A DNA stretch of 64,000 nucleotides. Origin: a bacterium (GTDB taxonomy: Bacteria; SAR324; XYD2-FULL-50-16). Below, piece by piece: positions 39,026-48,247 of this stretch (the first letter of the stretch is position 1; every line of letters begins with the position of its first letter). The translations under genes and the position numbers were made by a program. Below the pieces are notes generated by a model, which saw nothing but the letters and a program-made list of their open reading frames with translations, made no database searches and had not been told where the DNA came from. The stretch lies in the NCBI GenBank assembly GCA_032250835.1, contig JAVVEA010000001.1:224001-288000 (forward strand). Reading direction: 5' to 3'.

Positions 39026-39904
39026 ATGAGACCAGACTTGAATCTGAAAAAATGGCCCCAGAGCCAATTGCTTTGGTTTTCAAGGTTGGTGGTCTACGCC
39101 ATCAAATCGGACCGCCGGATTTCGCCCATAGAAATAGACTATCTAGGGCGCATCGTTCAACTCATTGAAGATGAGGAACAAAGGTCCGAGTTATTAGACC
39201 TCGTTGATTCCGACCAACCGGCCCCCCTCCCCCAGCCGCCGGATTTATCTCCCCAAACCAGGGCTGCCGTCTTTACGGAGTTGGGGGCTTTGCTGGTCGC
39301 CGACTTTGACTTCGACCAAGCGGAACGGGATTTCCTACTGGTCCTTTCCGGGCAGTTTCGTTTTTCTAGCAAGTATGCTGAAGAGCTCATGGCTTGGTGT
39401 AACCAAGGTTGCCTTTGGAAACGGATTCAGTTGAGTTTATTGGGGTTAAGCGGTCCCGAGGATCGGGCTCCGGTGATTCCGGTGGACGATTTTTCGATGG
39501 AACAACGGCTTTGGTATGCCGAAGTCTGTGTCATTGCCATTGTCATCGACGGACGGATCACCGATGAAGAAGTGGCTATGCTGCGGACTACCCTGGGATT
39601 TGTAGAGAACAAAGTAGAAGCTGAAAACCTGATAAACTACATCAAAATACGCCTGCGCCCCCAAGTGCGGCAACCTAGCGGCATTTCTGATGAAGCTTTA
39701 CGGCTGATCTATTTTGAAATGATCACCCATTTTGTTTTACAGTTCCAGATGAGCGATAAAGAGCAGGTCTTCATCCGCCAGCTTGCCTCCTTATCGGGGC
39801 TGAACAACGATCTACTACAAAAGTCACTGAATTGGTGGAAGATGGGTCTGGAATGGCGAAAACACTCGCTAGACCTAGTGCAGCAGGTTGAACTGGCCGA
39901 ATAG
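39026..39904 (+). CDS. Tandem TerB-like domain protein
   Basis: Two repeats: WFSRLVVYAIKSDRRISPIE and WYAEVCVIAIVIDGRITDEE, each followed by AD...E..F-type helices. Track start is 38921. Confidence 0.75.
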   Translation: MRPDLNLKKWPQSQLLWFSRLVVYAIKSDRRISPIEIDYLGRIVQLIEDEEQRSELLDLVDSDQPAPLPQPPDLSPQTRAAVFTELGALLVADFDFDQAERDFLLVLSGQFRFSSKYAEELMAWCNQGCLWKRIQLSLLGLSGPEDRAPVIPVDDFSMEQRLWYAEVCVIAIVIDGRITDEEVAMLRTTLGFVENKVEAENLINYIKIRLRPQVRQPSGISDEALRLIYFEMITHFVLQFQMSDKEQVFIRQLASLSGLNNDLLQKSLNWWKMGLEWRKHSLDLVQQVELAE

Positions 39905-39997
39905 GGCTCCGGCCAGCAAACAAGCGTTCGTCCCAGTGATTTTGCGTAAAATCATCCTCCCAGCCAGTTGAGAGAACCCAACCCCCGGCTCTAGCGC

Positions 39998-40726
39998 CTA
40001 AAGCGTTTCGCCTAGGCTGATCCGCAGGATATTGGGGCGTTCGGGTAGGTCGCGGGTACCGGCCCCGTAGCCGATCTTTTCGACCTTCATGAGCGGCAAG
40101 CCGGGCTCAAAAGCATGGGCCAAGGTTTTCGCGATCGCCGCGCCGGTCGGCGTGGTCAATTCAAAGGGGAGATGGCCGGAGTGGACCGGTAGGCCCTTGA
40201 GGATTTCTAAGGTAGCCAGGGCGGGGACCGGGTAGACCCCGTGACGACATTTAACCTCTCCGTAGCCTAAAGCCAGGGGCGAAAAGACGATGCGCTCCGG
40301 TTGCAACTGCTCGACCGCCAAAGCGACGCCGATCACGTCCACAATCGAGTCTATGGCCGCCACTTCGTGGAAGTGGACTGCTTCAATGGGCAACCCGTGG
40401 ATCGCCCCTTCAGCGACGGCGATGGCTTCAAAGATCGCCAAGGCCCGCTGCCGGGCTCCGTCCTTTAAACCCGCTCGTTCGATCAACCCGACCACTTCGC
40501 GGTAGTGGTGGTGGTGAAACTGCGGGAACGGCTCGGCCAGCTCCATTTTCAACGCCGAAACCCCACATTTATCGACCCGCTTGAACTCCAACCGGATCGG
40601 CAAATCCGGGCTGAGTGAACCTAAGTCGGCCTCCAATTGTCGGGGGTCCACTCCTAAGTCCACCAATGCGGCCAAGGTCATGTCCCCGGCAATGCCAGCG
40701 GGGCAATCAAAGTAGAGTATTTTCAT
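39998..40726 (-). CDS. larC: Nickel-pincer cofactor protein LarC, N-terminal domain only
   Basis: MKILYFDCPAGIAGDM, AEGAIHG...VHFHEV, DSIVD, HGVYPVPALAT, ELTTPTGAA, IGYGAG...PNILR. 242 aa. Confidence 0.88.
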   Translation of the reverse strand: MKILYFDCPAGIAGDMTLAALVDLGVDPRQLEADLGSLSPDLPIRLEFKRVDKCGVSALKMELAEPFPQFHHHHYREVVGLIERAGLKDGARQRALAIFEAIAVAEGAIHGLPIEAVHFHEVAAIDSIVDVIGVALAVEQLQPERIVFSPLALGYGEVKCRHGVYPVPALATLEILKGLPVHSGHLPFELTTPTGAAIAKTLAHAFEPGLPLMKVEKIGYGAGTRDLPERPNILRISLGETL

Positions 40727-40737
40727 AAAGAGGTAGG

Positions 40738-41166
40738 TTATTGGGCGCGGGCAAGGATTTGGCGGCGTTCGCGTTCCAGGTCGTAGACACGCTCGCCCCA
40801 ATCCATCAGCTCTTTGGTGGTGCTGGCGGGGATGCTGCATTTTTCGGCGGTAACCAATAAAAAGTTGCGCTCTTTAGAGGTCAATTTAGCATCCGCAACC
40901 ATCAACAAAATCAACTCGGAAAAGATACTGGCTAGGGCGGCCAAGGAGAATCCGTCGGGCGGAACTTGGGTGGCATCGACGGGCGTTTTGGAACGCAGCA
41001 TCTGGTTCACCCACAGGCGTTCTTTTTGATCTAAGAAATGAAGCATCCGGAAGATAAAGTCCATTTCATCGATATCTACCACCCCATCGACTCGGATCGC
41101 TTGAACGATCAATTCGACGTACCAACGACGCTGGGCGTCGGAAAATTTATCTACCGAGATATGCAT
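40738..41166 (-). CDS. TerB-like single-domain protein
   Basis: WYVELIVQAIRVDGVVDIDE...ADAKLTSKERNFL; homologous to both halves of 39026-39904. Confidence 0.75.
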   Translation of the reverse strand: MHISVDKFSDAQRRWYVELIVQAIRVDGVVDIDEMDFIFRMLHFLDQKERLWVNQMLRSKTPVDATQVPPDGFSLAALASIFSELILLMVADAKLTSKERNFLLVTAEKCSIPASTTKELMDWGERVYDLERERRQILARAQ

Positions 41167-41288
41167 AGGGCCGAGCCAAGAGGGATTAATCAACCTCAAT
41201 ACTAAAGCATGACCCGCCGCACTGGCAAGGCAAAAGGCCCTCTTCCAAGAATGCTAAAATTGGGTTAAAGCTAATCCTCAACTTACCT

Positions 41289-42404
41289 TTGGAGTCAATA
41301 CCCTTGAAAACCACCCCCTTAAACGCATGGCACCACCAGTCCGGTGCCCGAATGGTTGACTTTTCTGGCTGGGAAATGCCCATCCAATATGACGGCATCA
41401 TCGCCGAGCACCAACGCACCCGCACCCAAGCCGGTCTGTTTGACGTGAGCCATATGGGGGAGTTGCACCTTGAAGGCCCCGATGCGCTGGCCAATCTCCA
41501 GCGCCTCCTGCCCAATGACTTTAGGGACCTGCAAATCGGTCAGGTACGCTATTCTCCGCTGCTTTACGACAACGGTACCTGTGTAGATGACCTTTCGGTA
41601 TACAAACTCTGCGACGAGAAATACCTGCTCTGCGTCAATGCTTCGAACATCGACAAAGACCGCGAATGGATCCAAAGCCATTTGCAGGGCGATGTCACCC
41701 TTACCGACAAAAGCGCCGAAACCGGCCAAATCGCCATCCAGGGCCCCGCAGCCCTGTCGATTGTCGAAAAGCTAGTGGGCCGAGATCTTTCGGCCATCAA
41801 GTATTGGTGGTTCGACTGGGCTTTGGTGGAGGGCAAAGAGTTGATGTTGGCCCGTATGGGCTACACCGGCGAAGATGGTTTTGAGATCTTCTGCAAGGCT
41901 GGCGATACCCAATGGGTTTGGGATCAACTGCTAATTTTAGGCAAAGATCAGGGTATTGGCCCGGTGGGCTTAGGGGCCCGTGATACGCTACGCCTGGAAG
42001 TGACCTTTCCGCTTTATGGCCAGGAATTAAACGAAACCCACCCCGCCTTGGCCGCCGGTTTGGGTAGCTTCATCAAGCTAGATAAGGCCGAAGATTTTAT
42101 CGGCAAGGCCGCGCTGGTGCAGGCCAAACAGAACGGGATGAGCGAACGTTTGGTGAAGTTTGTGCTCGAAGGCAAGGGCGTACCCCGGCCTCATTACCGG
42201 GTCCTGGATCTGGAGACCGGTGAGCCGATTGGGGAAGTCACCAGCGGCACCCATTCCCCCATGACCAGCCAAGGCATCGGGATGGCCTACGTCAAGACCT
42301 CCTATGCCGAAGTAGACCGCCAGATTGGCATTGAAGTACGCAACCGAGTGATTGCCGCGAAAATCATCAAAGGCGCTTTTGTGAAGGTTGCACGCAAAGG
42401 CTAA
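41289..42404 (+). CDS. gcvT: Glycine cleavage aminomethyltransferase T
   Basis: FSGWEMPIQY, FDVSHMGE, GYTGEDGFE, GLGARDTLRLE. The true start may be TTG 41304, which follows GGAG. Confidence 0.97.
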   Translation: MESIPLKTTPLNAWHHQSGARMVDFSGWEMPIQYDGIIAEHQRTRTQAGLFDVSHMGELHLEGPDALANLQRLLPNDFRDLQIGQVRYSPLLYDNGTCVDDLSVYKLCDEKYLLCVNASNIDKDREWIQSHLQGDVTLTDKSAETGQIAIQGPAALSIVEKLVGRDLSAIKYWWFDWALVEGKELMLARMGYTGEDGFEIFCKAGDTQWVWDQLLILGKDQGIGPVGLGARDTLRLEVTFPLYGQELNETHPALAAGLGSFIKLDKAEDFIGKAALVQAKQNGMSERLVKFVLEGKGVPRPHYRVLDLETGEPIGEVTSGTHSPMTSQGIGMAYVKTSYAEVDRQIGIEVRNRVIAAKIIKGAFVKVARKG

Positions 42405-42477
42405 AAAGGGCTTGATTTTTTCGGGTCAGTAAAATCATGATCAGGGCCTAAGTCGAACCTGCAACCTGGGAGAATAA

Positions 42478-42864
42478 ATGGAAGTACGCGCAGAATTAAA
42501 GTACACCGAAGAGCATGAATGGCTGTCAATTCAGGGCAACAAAGCCACCCTGGGGATTACAGACTTTGCTCAGAACAAATTGGGCGATATTGTGTTCGTC
42601 GAGCTACCCGAAGTGGGCACCATCGTCGAAGCTGGTGAAACGATTGGTAACATCGAATCGGTTAAGGCCGTTTCAGAAATTTTTTGCCCCGTTGCCGGCG
42701 AAGTGACAGAAGTCAACAAGGACCTCGAAGACGAGCCCGACTTGGTCAACACCTCTTGCTTTGATGATGGCTGGATCGTTAAAATCCGCATCGACTCATC
42801 GGACCTAACCGACGCAAACTTGATGAGCGACGAAGAATACACCCAACATTGCGCCAACGAGTAA
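42478..42864 (+). CDS. gcvH: Glycine cleavage protein H
   Basis: YTEEHEW, GITDFAQ, IESVKAVSE (lipoyl-Lys). Confidence 0.97.
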   Translation: MEVRAELKYTEEHEWLSIQGNKATLGITDFAQNKLGDIVFVELPEVGTIVEAGETIGNIESVKAVSEIFCPVAGEVTEVNKDLEDEPDLVNTSCFDDGWIVKIRIDSSDLTDANLMSDEEYTQHCANE

Positions 42865-42874
42865 CCAACCGCCC

Positions 42875-44215
42875 ATGCGCTATTTCCCCAACGACCCGCA
42901 AACCCGCCAGGAGATGCTGCAACGCATTGGCGTCTCCCGGCCCGAAGATCTCTTTGCCGCCATCCCGGCGAATCTTCAGCTAACTTCACTGCTCAACATT
43001 TCGGCTCCGCGTTCTGAATACGCGCTGCTTAAGGAGCTAAAAGCCAAAGCCGCCTCTTACCCGAGCGAGCTGCCGAGCTTTTTAGGCGCAGGCGTTTACC
43101 GGCGGTTTATCCCCTCGGCCATTGCGCCTATTGTCTCTAGGGCCGAGTTCTTGACGGCCTACACGCCCTATCAGCCCGAAGTGAGCCAGGGGACGTTGCA
43201 GGCTATGTTCGAGTTCCAGACCATGCTGTCTTTATTGACGGGTATGGAAGTCGCAAACGCCTCGATGTACGAAGGTGCCAGCGCCACCGCCGAGGCGGTG
43301 ATGATGGCCAAGCGGGTTTACGCCAAGGGAAGCAAAGTTCTGGTCAGCGCGGGTTTACACCCCGAATATTTAGAAACCCTACGGACCTACCTTTCCTTTG
43401 GGGATTTGGAACTGGTCTTGATCCCGCTGCAAGCTAACGGCCAGACCGATCTGGAGGCCTTAAAAGCCCAATTGGACGAAACCGCGCTTTGTTCGGTATT
43501 GCAACGGGTTAACTTTTACGGGGTGATCGAGGACGCATCGGCCCACGCCGCGCTGCTGGAGGGATTTAAGGCCCTCAACATTGAGGTGCTGCCCGAAATG
43601 ACCGCCTTAGGCCTGCTCAAGACTCCCGGCGAACTGGGGGTAGATATTTTTGTCGGTGAAGGCCAGTCTTTGGGCTTACCGGTCAGCTACGGCGGACCGA
43701 ACCTGGGCGTGTTCGCCTGTAAGGCTGAATTTATGCGCAAGATGCCGGGCCGCTTGAGCGGTATGACCGAAGACTCCCGCGGTGAGCGGGCCTTCTGTTT
43801 GACCCTCTCGACCCGCGAACAACACATCCGGCGCGAAAAGGCGACCAGCAACATTTGCAGCAACCAAGCCCTGATGGCGCTTTGGGTCACCATCTACCTT
43901 TCGCTGTTAGGCAAGTCGGGCTTACGCCAATTAGCCCAGACCAACCTGACCTTGGCCGACTACGCCCGCCAGCAGATGGGCGCTGCGGGCCTTAAGTTGC
44001 GTTACAGCGGGGCGGTGTACAATGAGTTTGTGCTGGAGCTGCCCTGTAACGCAGGGCTTTGGGTAGATAAAATCCAGCATGAAGGGCTCCTGGCCGGAGT
44101 CAATTTGAACCGCTTCAACGCCGAAGACGAAAGTGGGCTGTTGCTGAGTTTTACAGAATTAAACAGCAAGCAGGAGATCGACCTCTTGGTGTCCAAACTC
44201 AAGGAGCTGTTATGA
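42875..44215 (+). CDS. gcvPA: Glycine dehydrogenase subunit 1
   Basis: EFLTAYTPYQPEVSQG, NASMYEG, TREQHIRREKATSNIC. Confidence 0.96.
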   Translation: MRYFPNDPQTRQEMLQRIGVSRPEDLFAAIPANLQLTSLLNISAPRSEYALLKELKAKAASYPSELPSFLGAGVYRRFIPSAIAPIVSRAEFLTAYTPYQPEVSQGTLQAMFEFQTMLSLLTGMEVANASMYEGASATAEAVMMAKRVYAKGSKVLVSAGLHPEYLETLRTYLSFGDLELVLIPLQANGQTDLEALKAQLDETALCSVLQRVNFYGVIEDASAHAALLEGFKALNIEVLPEMTALGLLKTPGELGVDIFVGEGQSLGLPVSYGGPNLGVFACKAEFMRKMPGRLSGMTEDSRGERAFCLTLSTREQHIRREKATSNICSNQALMALWVTIYLSLLGKSGLRQLAQTNLTLADYARQQMGAAGLKLRYSGAVYNEFVLELPCNAGLWVDKIQHEGLLAGVNLNRFNAEDESGLLLSFTELNSKQEIDLLVSKLKELL

Positions 44216-45684
44216 GCGTCGGCAAACATGGCATGGTATTCAGCGAGCCCCTGCTGTTTGAACTCAAAGGCGGCGGTAAGTCCGGCATGGACCTGCCTGA
44301 ATTAGACCTTCCGTTAATCGACGCCGCCGAGCTACTGCCTGCTGAGTTTTTGCGTGAAGCCGCCGAACTGCCGGAGTTGAGCGAGCCCGAGGTAGTGCGC
44401 CACTTCACCCGGTTGAGCCAATGGAACTATTCGGTAGACGGCGGATTTTATCCGCTCGGCTCTTGCACCATGAAGTACAACCCCAAGGTCAACGAAGTCG
44501 CCGCCTCTATCGAAGGCTTCGCCAATGGCCACCCCTATGCGCCCTATGGCTGCAACCAGGGGATCAAGCGGTTGCTCTTTGAATTCGAGCAAGATTTGGC
44601 CGAAATTTCGGGCATGGACGCGGTCAGCTTACACCCCGCCGCCGGTTCCCATGGGGAACTGACTGGGATGATGCTGATCCGGGCGTACCATTTGGACCGA
44701 GGCGACCTCAAACGCACCAAGGTCTTGATCCCCGATTCGGCCCACGGCACCAACCCTTCAAGCGCTTCGGTCTGCCACTTAGAGTCCGTAGAACTGCCTT
44801 CGGGGCCCGATGGCTTGATCGACATGGAAGCCTTAGACCGCTTGATGGACGAGAACGTCGCCGGGATTATGCTGACCAACCCCAACACCTGCGGCCTTTT
44901 TGAGACCAACATCGAGCGGGTCTGCCAGTTGGTGCATGAACGCGGCGGCTTGGTCTATCTGGACGGGGCCAACATGAACGCGATGGTCGGGGTGACCCGG
45001 CCCGGCGACATGGGTGCTGACGTATTGCACTTTAACACCCACAAGACCTTCTCCACCCCCCACGGGGGCGGCGGCCCCGGAGCCGGTCCGATTGGCGTCA
45101 AGAGCCTCTTGGAGCCCTATCTCCCCCGCCCGGTGCTCTTTGAAAAAGACGGACGGATTGAGATGGATTTTGACCGGCCCAAGTCCATCGGCAAGGTCCG
45201 CAGCTTTTACGGCAGCACCGGCGTCTTGATCCGCGCCTGGACCTACATCAAAACCTTGGGGGCCGAAGGTTTGCGGGAAATGACCCTGTGGGCGGTGACC
45301 AACGCCAACTACCTCAAAGCGCGGCTCGCCGGGGATTTCCACCTGCCCTTCGACAGCCAGCATTGCATGCATGAAGTCTTACTGACCGATAAGTTCCAAC
45401 AGGAACGCCACGTCAGCACCATGGACTTGGCCAAGGGATTGATCGAGGCGGGCTTCCACCCGCCGACCGTCTATTTCCCGCTGGTCGTCTCCGGCGCGCT
45501 CTTGATCGAGCCGACGGAAACGGAGTCCAAGGAAACGCTGGACCACTTCGCCGACGCCCTTTTGGAACTTTCAAAAAAGAGCCACGAGGAACTAGCCGAA
45601 CTACCGAAGATGCCGCCCGTCGGGCGGGTAGACGAGGTCCTAGCCAACCGCAAGCCCATCCTCCGCTGGCAACCGGAGTCCTAG
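44212..45684 (+). CDS. gcvPB: Glycine dehydrogenase subunit 2
   Basis: YPLGSCTMKYNP, SAHGTNP, NTHKTFSTPHGGGGPG, EPTETES. ATGA overlap with gcvPA. Confidence 0.96.
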   Translation: MSVGKHGMVFSEPLLFELKGGGKSGMDLPELDLPLIDAAELLPAEFLREAAELPELSEPEVVRHFTRLSQWNYSVDGGFYPLGSCTMKYNPKVNEVAASIEGFANGHPYAPYGCNQGIKRLLFEFEQDLAEISGMDAVSLHPAAGSHGELTGMMLIRAYHLDRGDLKRTKVLIPDSAHGTNPSSASVCHLESVELPSGPDGLIDMEALDRLMDENVAGIMLTNPNTCGLFETNIERVCQLVHERGGLVYLDGANMNAMVGVTRPGDMGADVLHFNTHKTFSTPHGGGGPGAGPIGVKSLLEPYLPRPVLFEKDGRIEMDFDRPKSIGKVRSFYGSTGVLIRAWTYIKTLGAEGLREMTLWAVTNANYLKARLAGDFHLPFDSQHCMHEVLLTDKFQQERHVSTMDLAKGLIEAGFHPPTVYFPLVVSGALLIEPTETESKETLDHFADALLELSKKSHEELAELPKMPPVGRVDEVLANRKPILRWQPES

Positions 45685-45703
45685 CCTAAGACTTTCACGT
45701 CAT

Positions 45704-45727
45704 ACCCCGGCCCTTCACGGCTGGGGT
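45704..45727 (+). terminator. Hairpin after gcvPB
   Basis: ACCCCGGCC-CTTCAC-GGCTGGGGT with a weak U-tail. Confidence 0.45.
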
Positions 45728-45981
45728 TCCCCCCTGATAGAAATCCACTGTTTCCAGTTCCATAGGTTTAAATTCCTTGGAATTTGTCCACTAGGTATAA
45801 GATATATCTTTGTAATTACAACTCTAAAAAATCTAATATCCATTGAGCCGAGGCAGCAGTTCGCTAGAAATTGTGCCCCTTAAGAAATGGACGTCTTCGT
45901 CCACACCAAAAAGAAGGCGGAACCCTTGCGTAGTTATAATGCTTGTTGTAATGTATTCATACGACATACAGGAGAAAGGTC

Positions 45982-46209
45982 ATGCAATATATCAGCGTAG
46001 ACGATGCCCGCAAGCGGTTTGGGCAACTTGGCAAAGAGGAAGTCGCCGTCACCAATCGGGGCAAAATCGCTTTTTACATCTTACCGCCCGAGGACATGGC
46101 CGACTTACGCCTATTCCGGCGCAAGCAGCGGATCGCCGAATCTAAACAGATTGGTGAGGGGATGAAGGCAGGGACCATTGCCAAGGCTCCCTTTGATGAA
46201 CTGCCATGA
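45982..46209 (+). CDS. Phd/YefM-like antitoxin
   Basis: ISVDDARKRFGQL...EVAVTNRGKIAF matches the Phd N-terminal pattern. Has an SD and an ATGA overlap with the next gene. Confidence 0.75.
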   Translation: MQYISVDDARKRFGQLGKEEVAVTNRGKIAFYILPPEDMADLRLFRRKQRIAESKQIGEGMKAGTIAKAPFDELP

Positions 46210-46487
46210 ATCGGGTAAGCTTTAGCCCGCAGTTTTATGCGGATTGTGAAGTCCTCAAAGCCTTGGCCCCCAGTGTATACAATAGGGTCAAAGAAAACCT
46301 AGGTCTCCTTCGAAATGCCGAACCCGGGACTATAGACGGCGTGACCTGGGACCAGGAGGCTGAAGTCTATACTTGGGTCTTTGAACCCGCCGATACGGGG
46401 AGCCCTTTTTGCGTTGAGGCCGATTTTGTAGTAGAGGGTCATGAAATCTATTTAACCAGACTAGAATCCTTCGAGTTGCCTTTATAA
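46206..46487 (+). CDS. Putative type II toxin, RelE/ParE-like by position and terminal patterns
   Basis: 93 aa, coupled to the antitoxin. RVSFSPQFYAD...L, NRVKENLGLL and FVVEGHEIYLTRL. Confidence 0.5.
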   Translation: MNRVSFSPQFYADCEVLKALAPSVYNRVKENLGLLRNAEPGTIDGVTWDQEAEVYTWVFEPADTGSPFCVEADFVVEGHEIYLTRLESFELPL

Positions 46488-46652
46488 TACCACACAAAAA
46501 CCATCCGCCTGTACCCTATACAAGGCTTGGCAAACAATCTCCAGTGGAGTGATAGCCCTGGAGGTTTCGGATATCTGGCCTTTTTTTTAATTAACTAACC
46601 GCAAGCTAATCCTTAAGGATAGACTTACATACAGTCTTTAGGAGAGGACTCA

Positions 46653-46880
46653 ATGCGTTATATCAGCATCGAAGAGGCCCGCAAAACTCTGGGCTCCTTA
46701 GACCAAGAGGAAGTCGCCGTCACCAAGCGTGGTAAAATCGCTTTTTATACCATACCCACTGCCGAAATAGCCGAATTCCGCCTCTTCCAGCGCAAGCGCC
46801 GCTTGGAAGATTCAGCACGGCGCGTTGAGGCGATGAAAGCTGGGCAGGTCGAAAAATTGGGATTTGAGGACTTGCCCTGA
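46653..46880 (+). CDS. Second Phd/YefM-like antitoxin (paralog of 45982-46209)
   Basis: Gap-free 75-aa alignment, 40/75 identical by hand count. SD AGGAGAGG. Confidence 0.75.
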   Translation: MRYISIEEARKTLGSLDQEEVAVTKRGKIAFYTIPTAEIAEFRLFQRKRRLEDSARRVEAMKAGQVEKLGFEDLP

Positions 46881-46930
46881 ACCGGCTAACGCTACCCCCG
46901 CCAGTTCGTCGCAAGCCAAGAGGATCATAA
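46877..46930 (+). pseudogene. Decayed remnant of a second toxin gene
   Basis: CTGAACCGGCTAACGCTACCCCCGCCAGTTC aligns to toxin start ATGAATCGGGTAAGCTTTAGCCCG-CAGTTT at the same overlap position, with ATG->CTG, a +1 insertion and an early stop. Confidence 0.5.
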
Positions 46931-46986
46931 ACAAACTCCCGGCGGCCTGAGGCACAGATTGTCAAATAGAACCATAAAATCTTGCC

Positions 46987-48246
46987 TTACTCAGCCAGCC
47001 AAGCCTTCATGGCTGCGATCAAATAATCTAAATCCTTGGCGGCGATGGTTTCGCGGATGCTGTGCATGGCTAGATTGGGGATGCCTACGTCTAGGCCCTT
47101 GATACCGATGCGGCGGGCCGTCAAGGGGCCGATGGTGGAGCCGCAGCGCAGGTCGCTACGGGTGGCGAAGCGTTGGGTGGGGATGTTGGCCGCCCGGCAG
47201 CGTTGGACAAAGCGCGCGCTGGACTCGGCGTCGGTGATGTAGCTTTGGTTGGCGTTGACCTTGACCACCGGCCCCCCGCCCAGTAACGGCGCATGGGCCT
47301 CGTCATGGAGGTCCGCATAGTTGGGGTGCTGGGCGTGGGCGTTATCGGCCGACAAAAACCAGCTTTGGGCCAAGGCGCGGCCACGGGCTTGGGGGTCCGG
47401 TAGGATGCGCTCTAAGACAGACTCCAAGAAATTACCGGCCGCGCCGCTCTGGGTGCCGCTGCCCACCTCTTCATGGTCGTTGAACACCACCATAGCGCTA
47501 GGATCCCCTTCTTGGTCCGCTAGGGCCTCTAGGGCCGAAAAGCAACTAACTAAATTGTCCAACCGGGCCCCGCAGACCAACTCTTCAGCTACCCCCACCA
47601 AGCCAGCCGCCTCGGTTGGGTAGAGATACAAATCAAATTCCAGCACCTCGGCCACTTGGGGGCCAAATTCCTTTTGGATCAAGGCGCGTAGGTCGCCCTG
47701 GGCTTCCTCGGGCAGGCGCAGGACCGGCGAGAGTTCCTTTTGGGCGTTGATCTTCCAGCCCTCATTAGCGCCAGGACGCAAGTGAATAGCTAAGTTGGGG
47801 ATGATGCCCAGCGGGCGTTTGAAGTCAATCAACCGGGTTTTCAGGTCACCCTGTTCGTCTAGGTAAGCGATCTTTCCGGCAATCGAAAGGTCCCGGTCCA
47901 GCCAAGTGGCCATCAACACCCCGCCGTAGGTCTCTACGCCAAGCGTCCAGTGCCCCTGGCGTTTTTGGTCCGGTTGGGGCTTGACCTTCAGGCCCGGCGA
48001 GTCGGTGTGGGCCCCGATCAGGCGGATGCCGCCAGAACCTAAATCAGCCCCTAACTTAAAGGCGATCAGGCTCGAGCCATTGCGGCTGATCATGTACTTC
48101 CCGCCGGCTTTTAAGTCCCAGGCGTCGGCCTCGTTTAGGGCCACAAAACCGCTGTTTAACAACCGGTCCTGGGCGGCCAAAACCGCGTGAAAGGGGGTGG
48201 GGGAGGCTTTGAGGAATTGGATCAGGCCCAATGAGCAAGGATTCAT
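46987..48246 (-). CDS. M18 family (aspartyl) aminopeptidase
   Basis: SPTPFHAV, GAHTDSP, RLDNL, DHEEVGS, SADNAHAQHPNY, CGSTIGP, AMHSIRE. Start trimmed to ATG 48246. Confidence 0.95.
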   Translation of the reverse strand: MNPCSLGLIQFLKASPTPFHAVLAAQDRLLNSGFVALNEADAWDLKAGGKYMISRNGSSLIAFKLGADLGSGGIRLIGAHTDSPGLKVKPQPDQKRQGHWTLGVETYGGVLMATWLDRDLSIAGKIAYLDEQGDLKTRLIDFKRPLGIIPNLAIHLRPGANEGWKINAQKELSPVLRLPEEAQGDLRALIQKEFGPQVAEVLEFDLYLYPTEAAGLVGVAEELVCGARLDNLVSCFSALEALADQEGDPSAMVVFNDHEEVGSGTQSGAAGNFLESVLERILPDPQARGRALAQSWFLSADNAHAQHPNYADLHDEAHAPLLGGGPVVKVNANQSYITDAESSARFVQRCRAANIPTQRFATRSDLRCGSTIGPLTARRIGIKGLDVGIPNLAMHSIRETIAAKDLDYLIAAMKAWLAE

Positions 48247-48247
48247 G

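Noticed and set aside
39905-40000. Programmed frameshift extending larC into a LarC2 domain
   Set aside because: No LarC2-like reading frame is visible, and the space is occupied by the convergent TerB-like gene.
41167-41303. Glycine riboswitch upstream of gcvT
   Set aside because: The spacer is short, shared with a divergent gene, and lacks the GGAGA...CCGAAG...CTCTCAGG pattern.
45843-46145. 100-aa ORF upstream of and overlapping the first antitoxin
   Set aside because: TTG start without SD, out-of-frame overlap with a better-supported gene, no motif.
45685-46986. Mobile element or dif/att site around the TA locus
   Set aside because: No transposase or integrase, terminal inverted repeats, target duplication or XerD-type TTATGTTAAAT arm found by eye.
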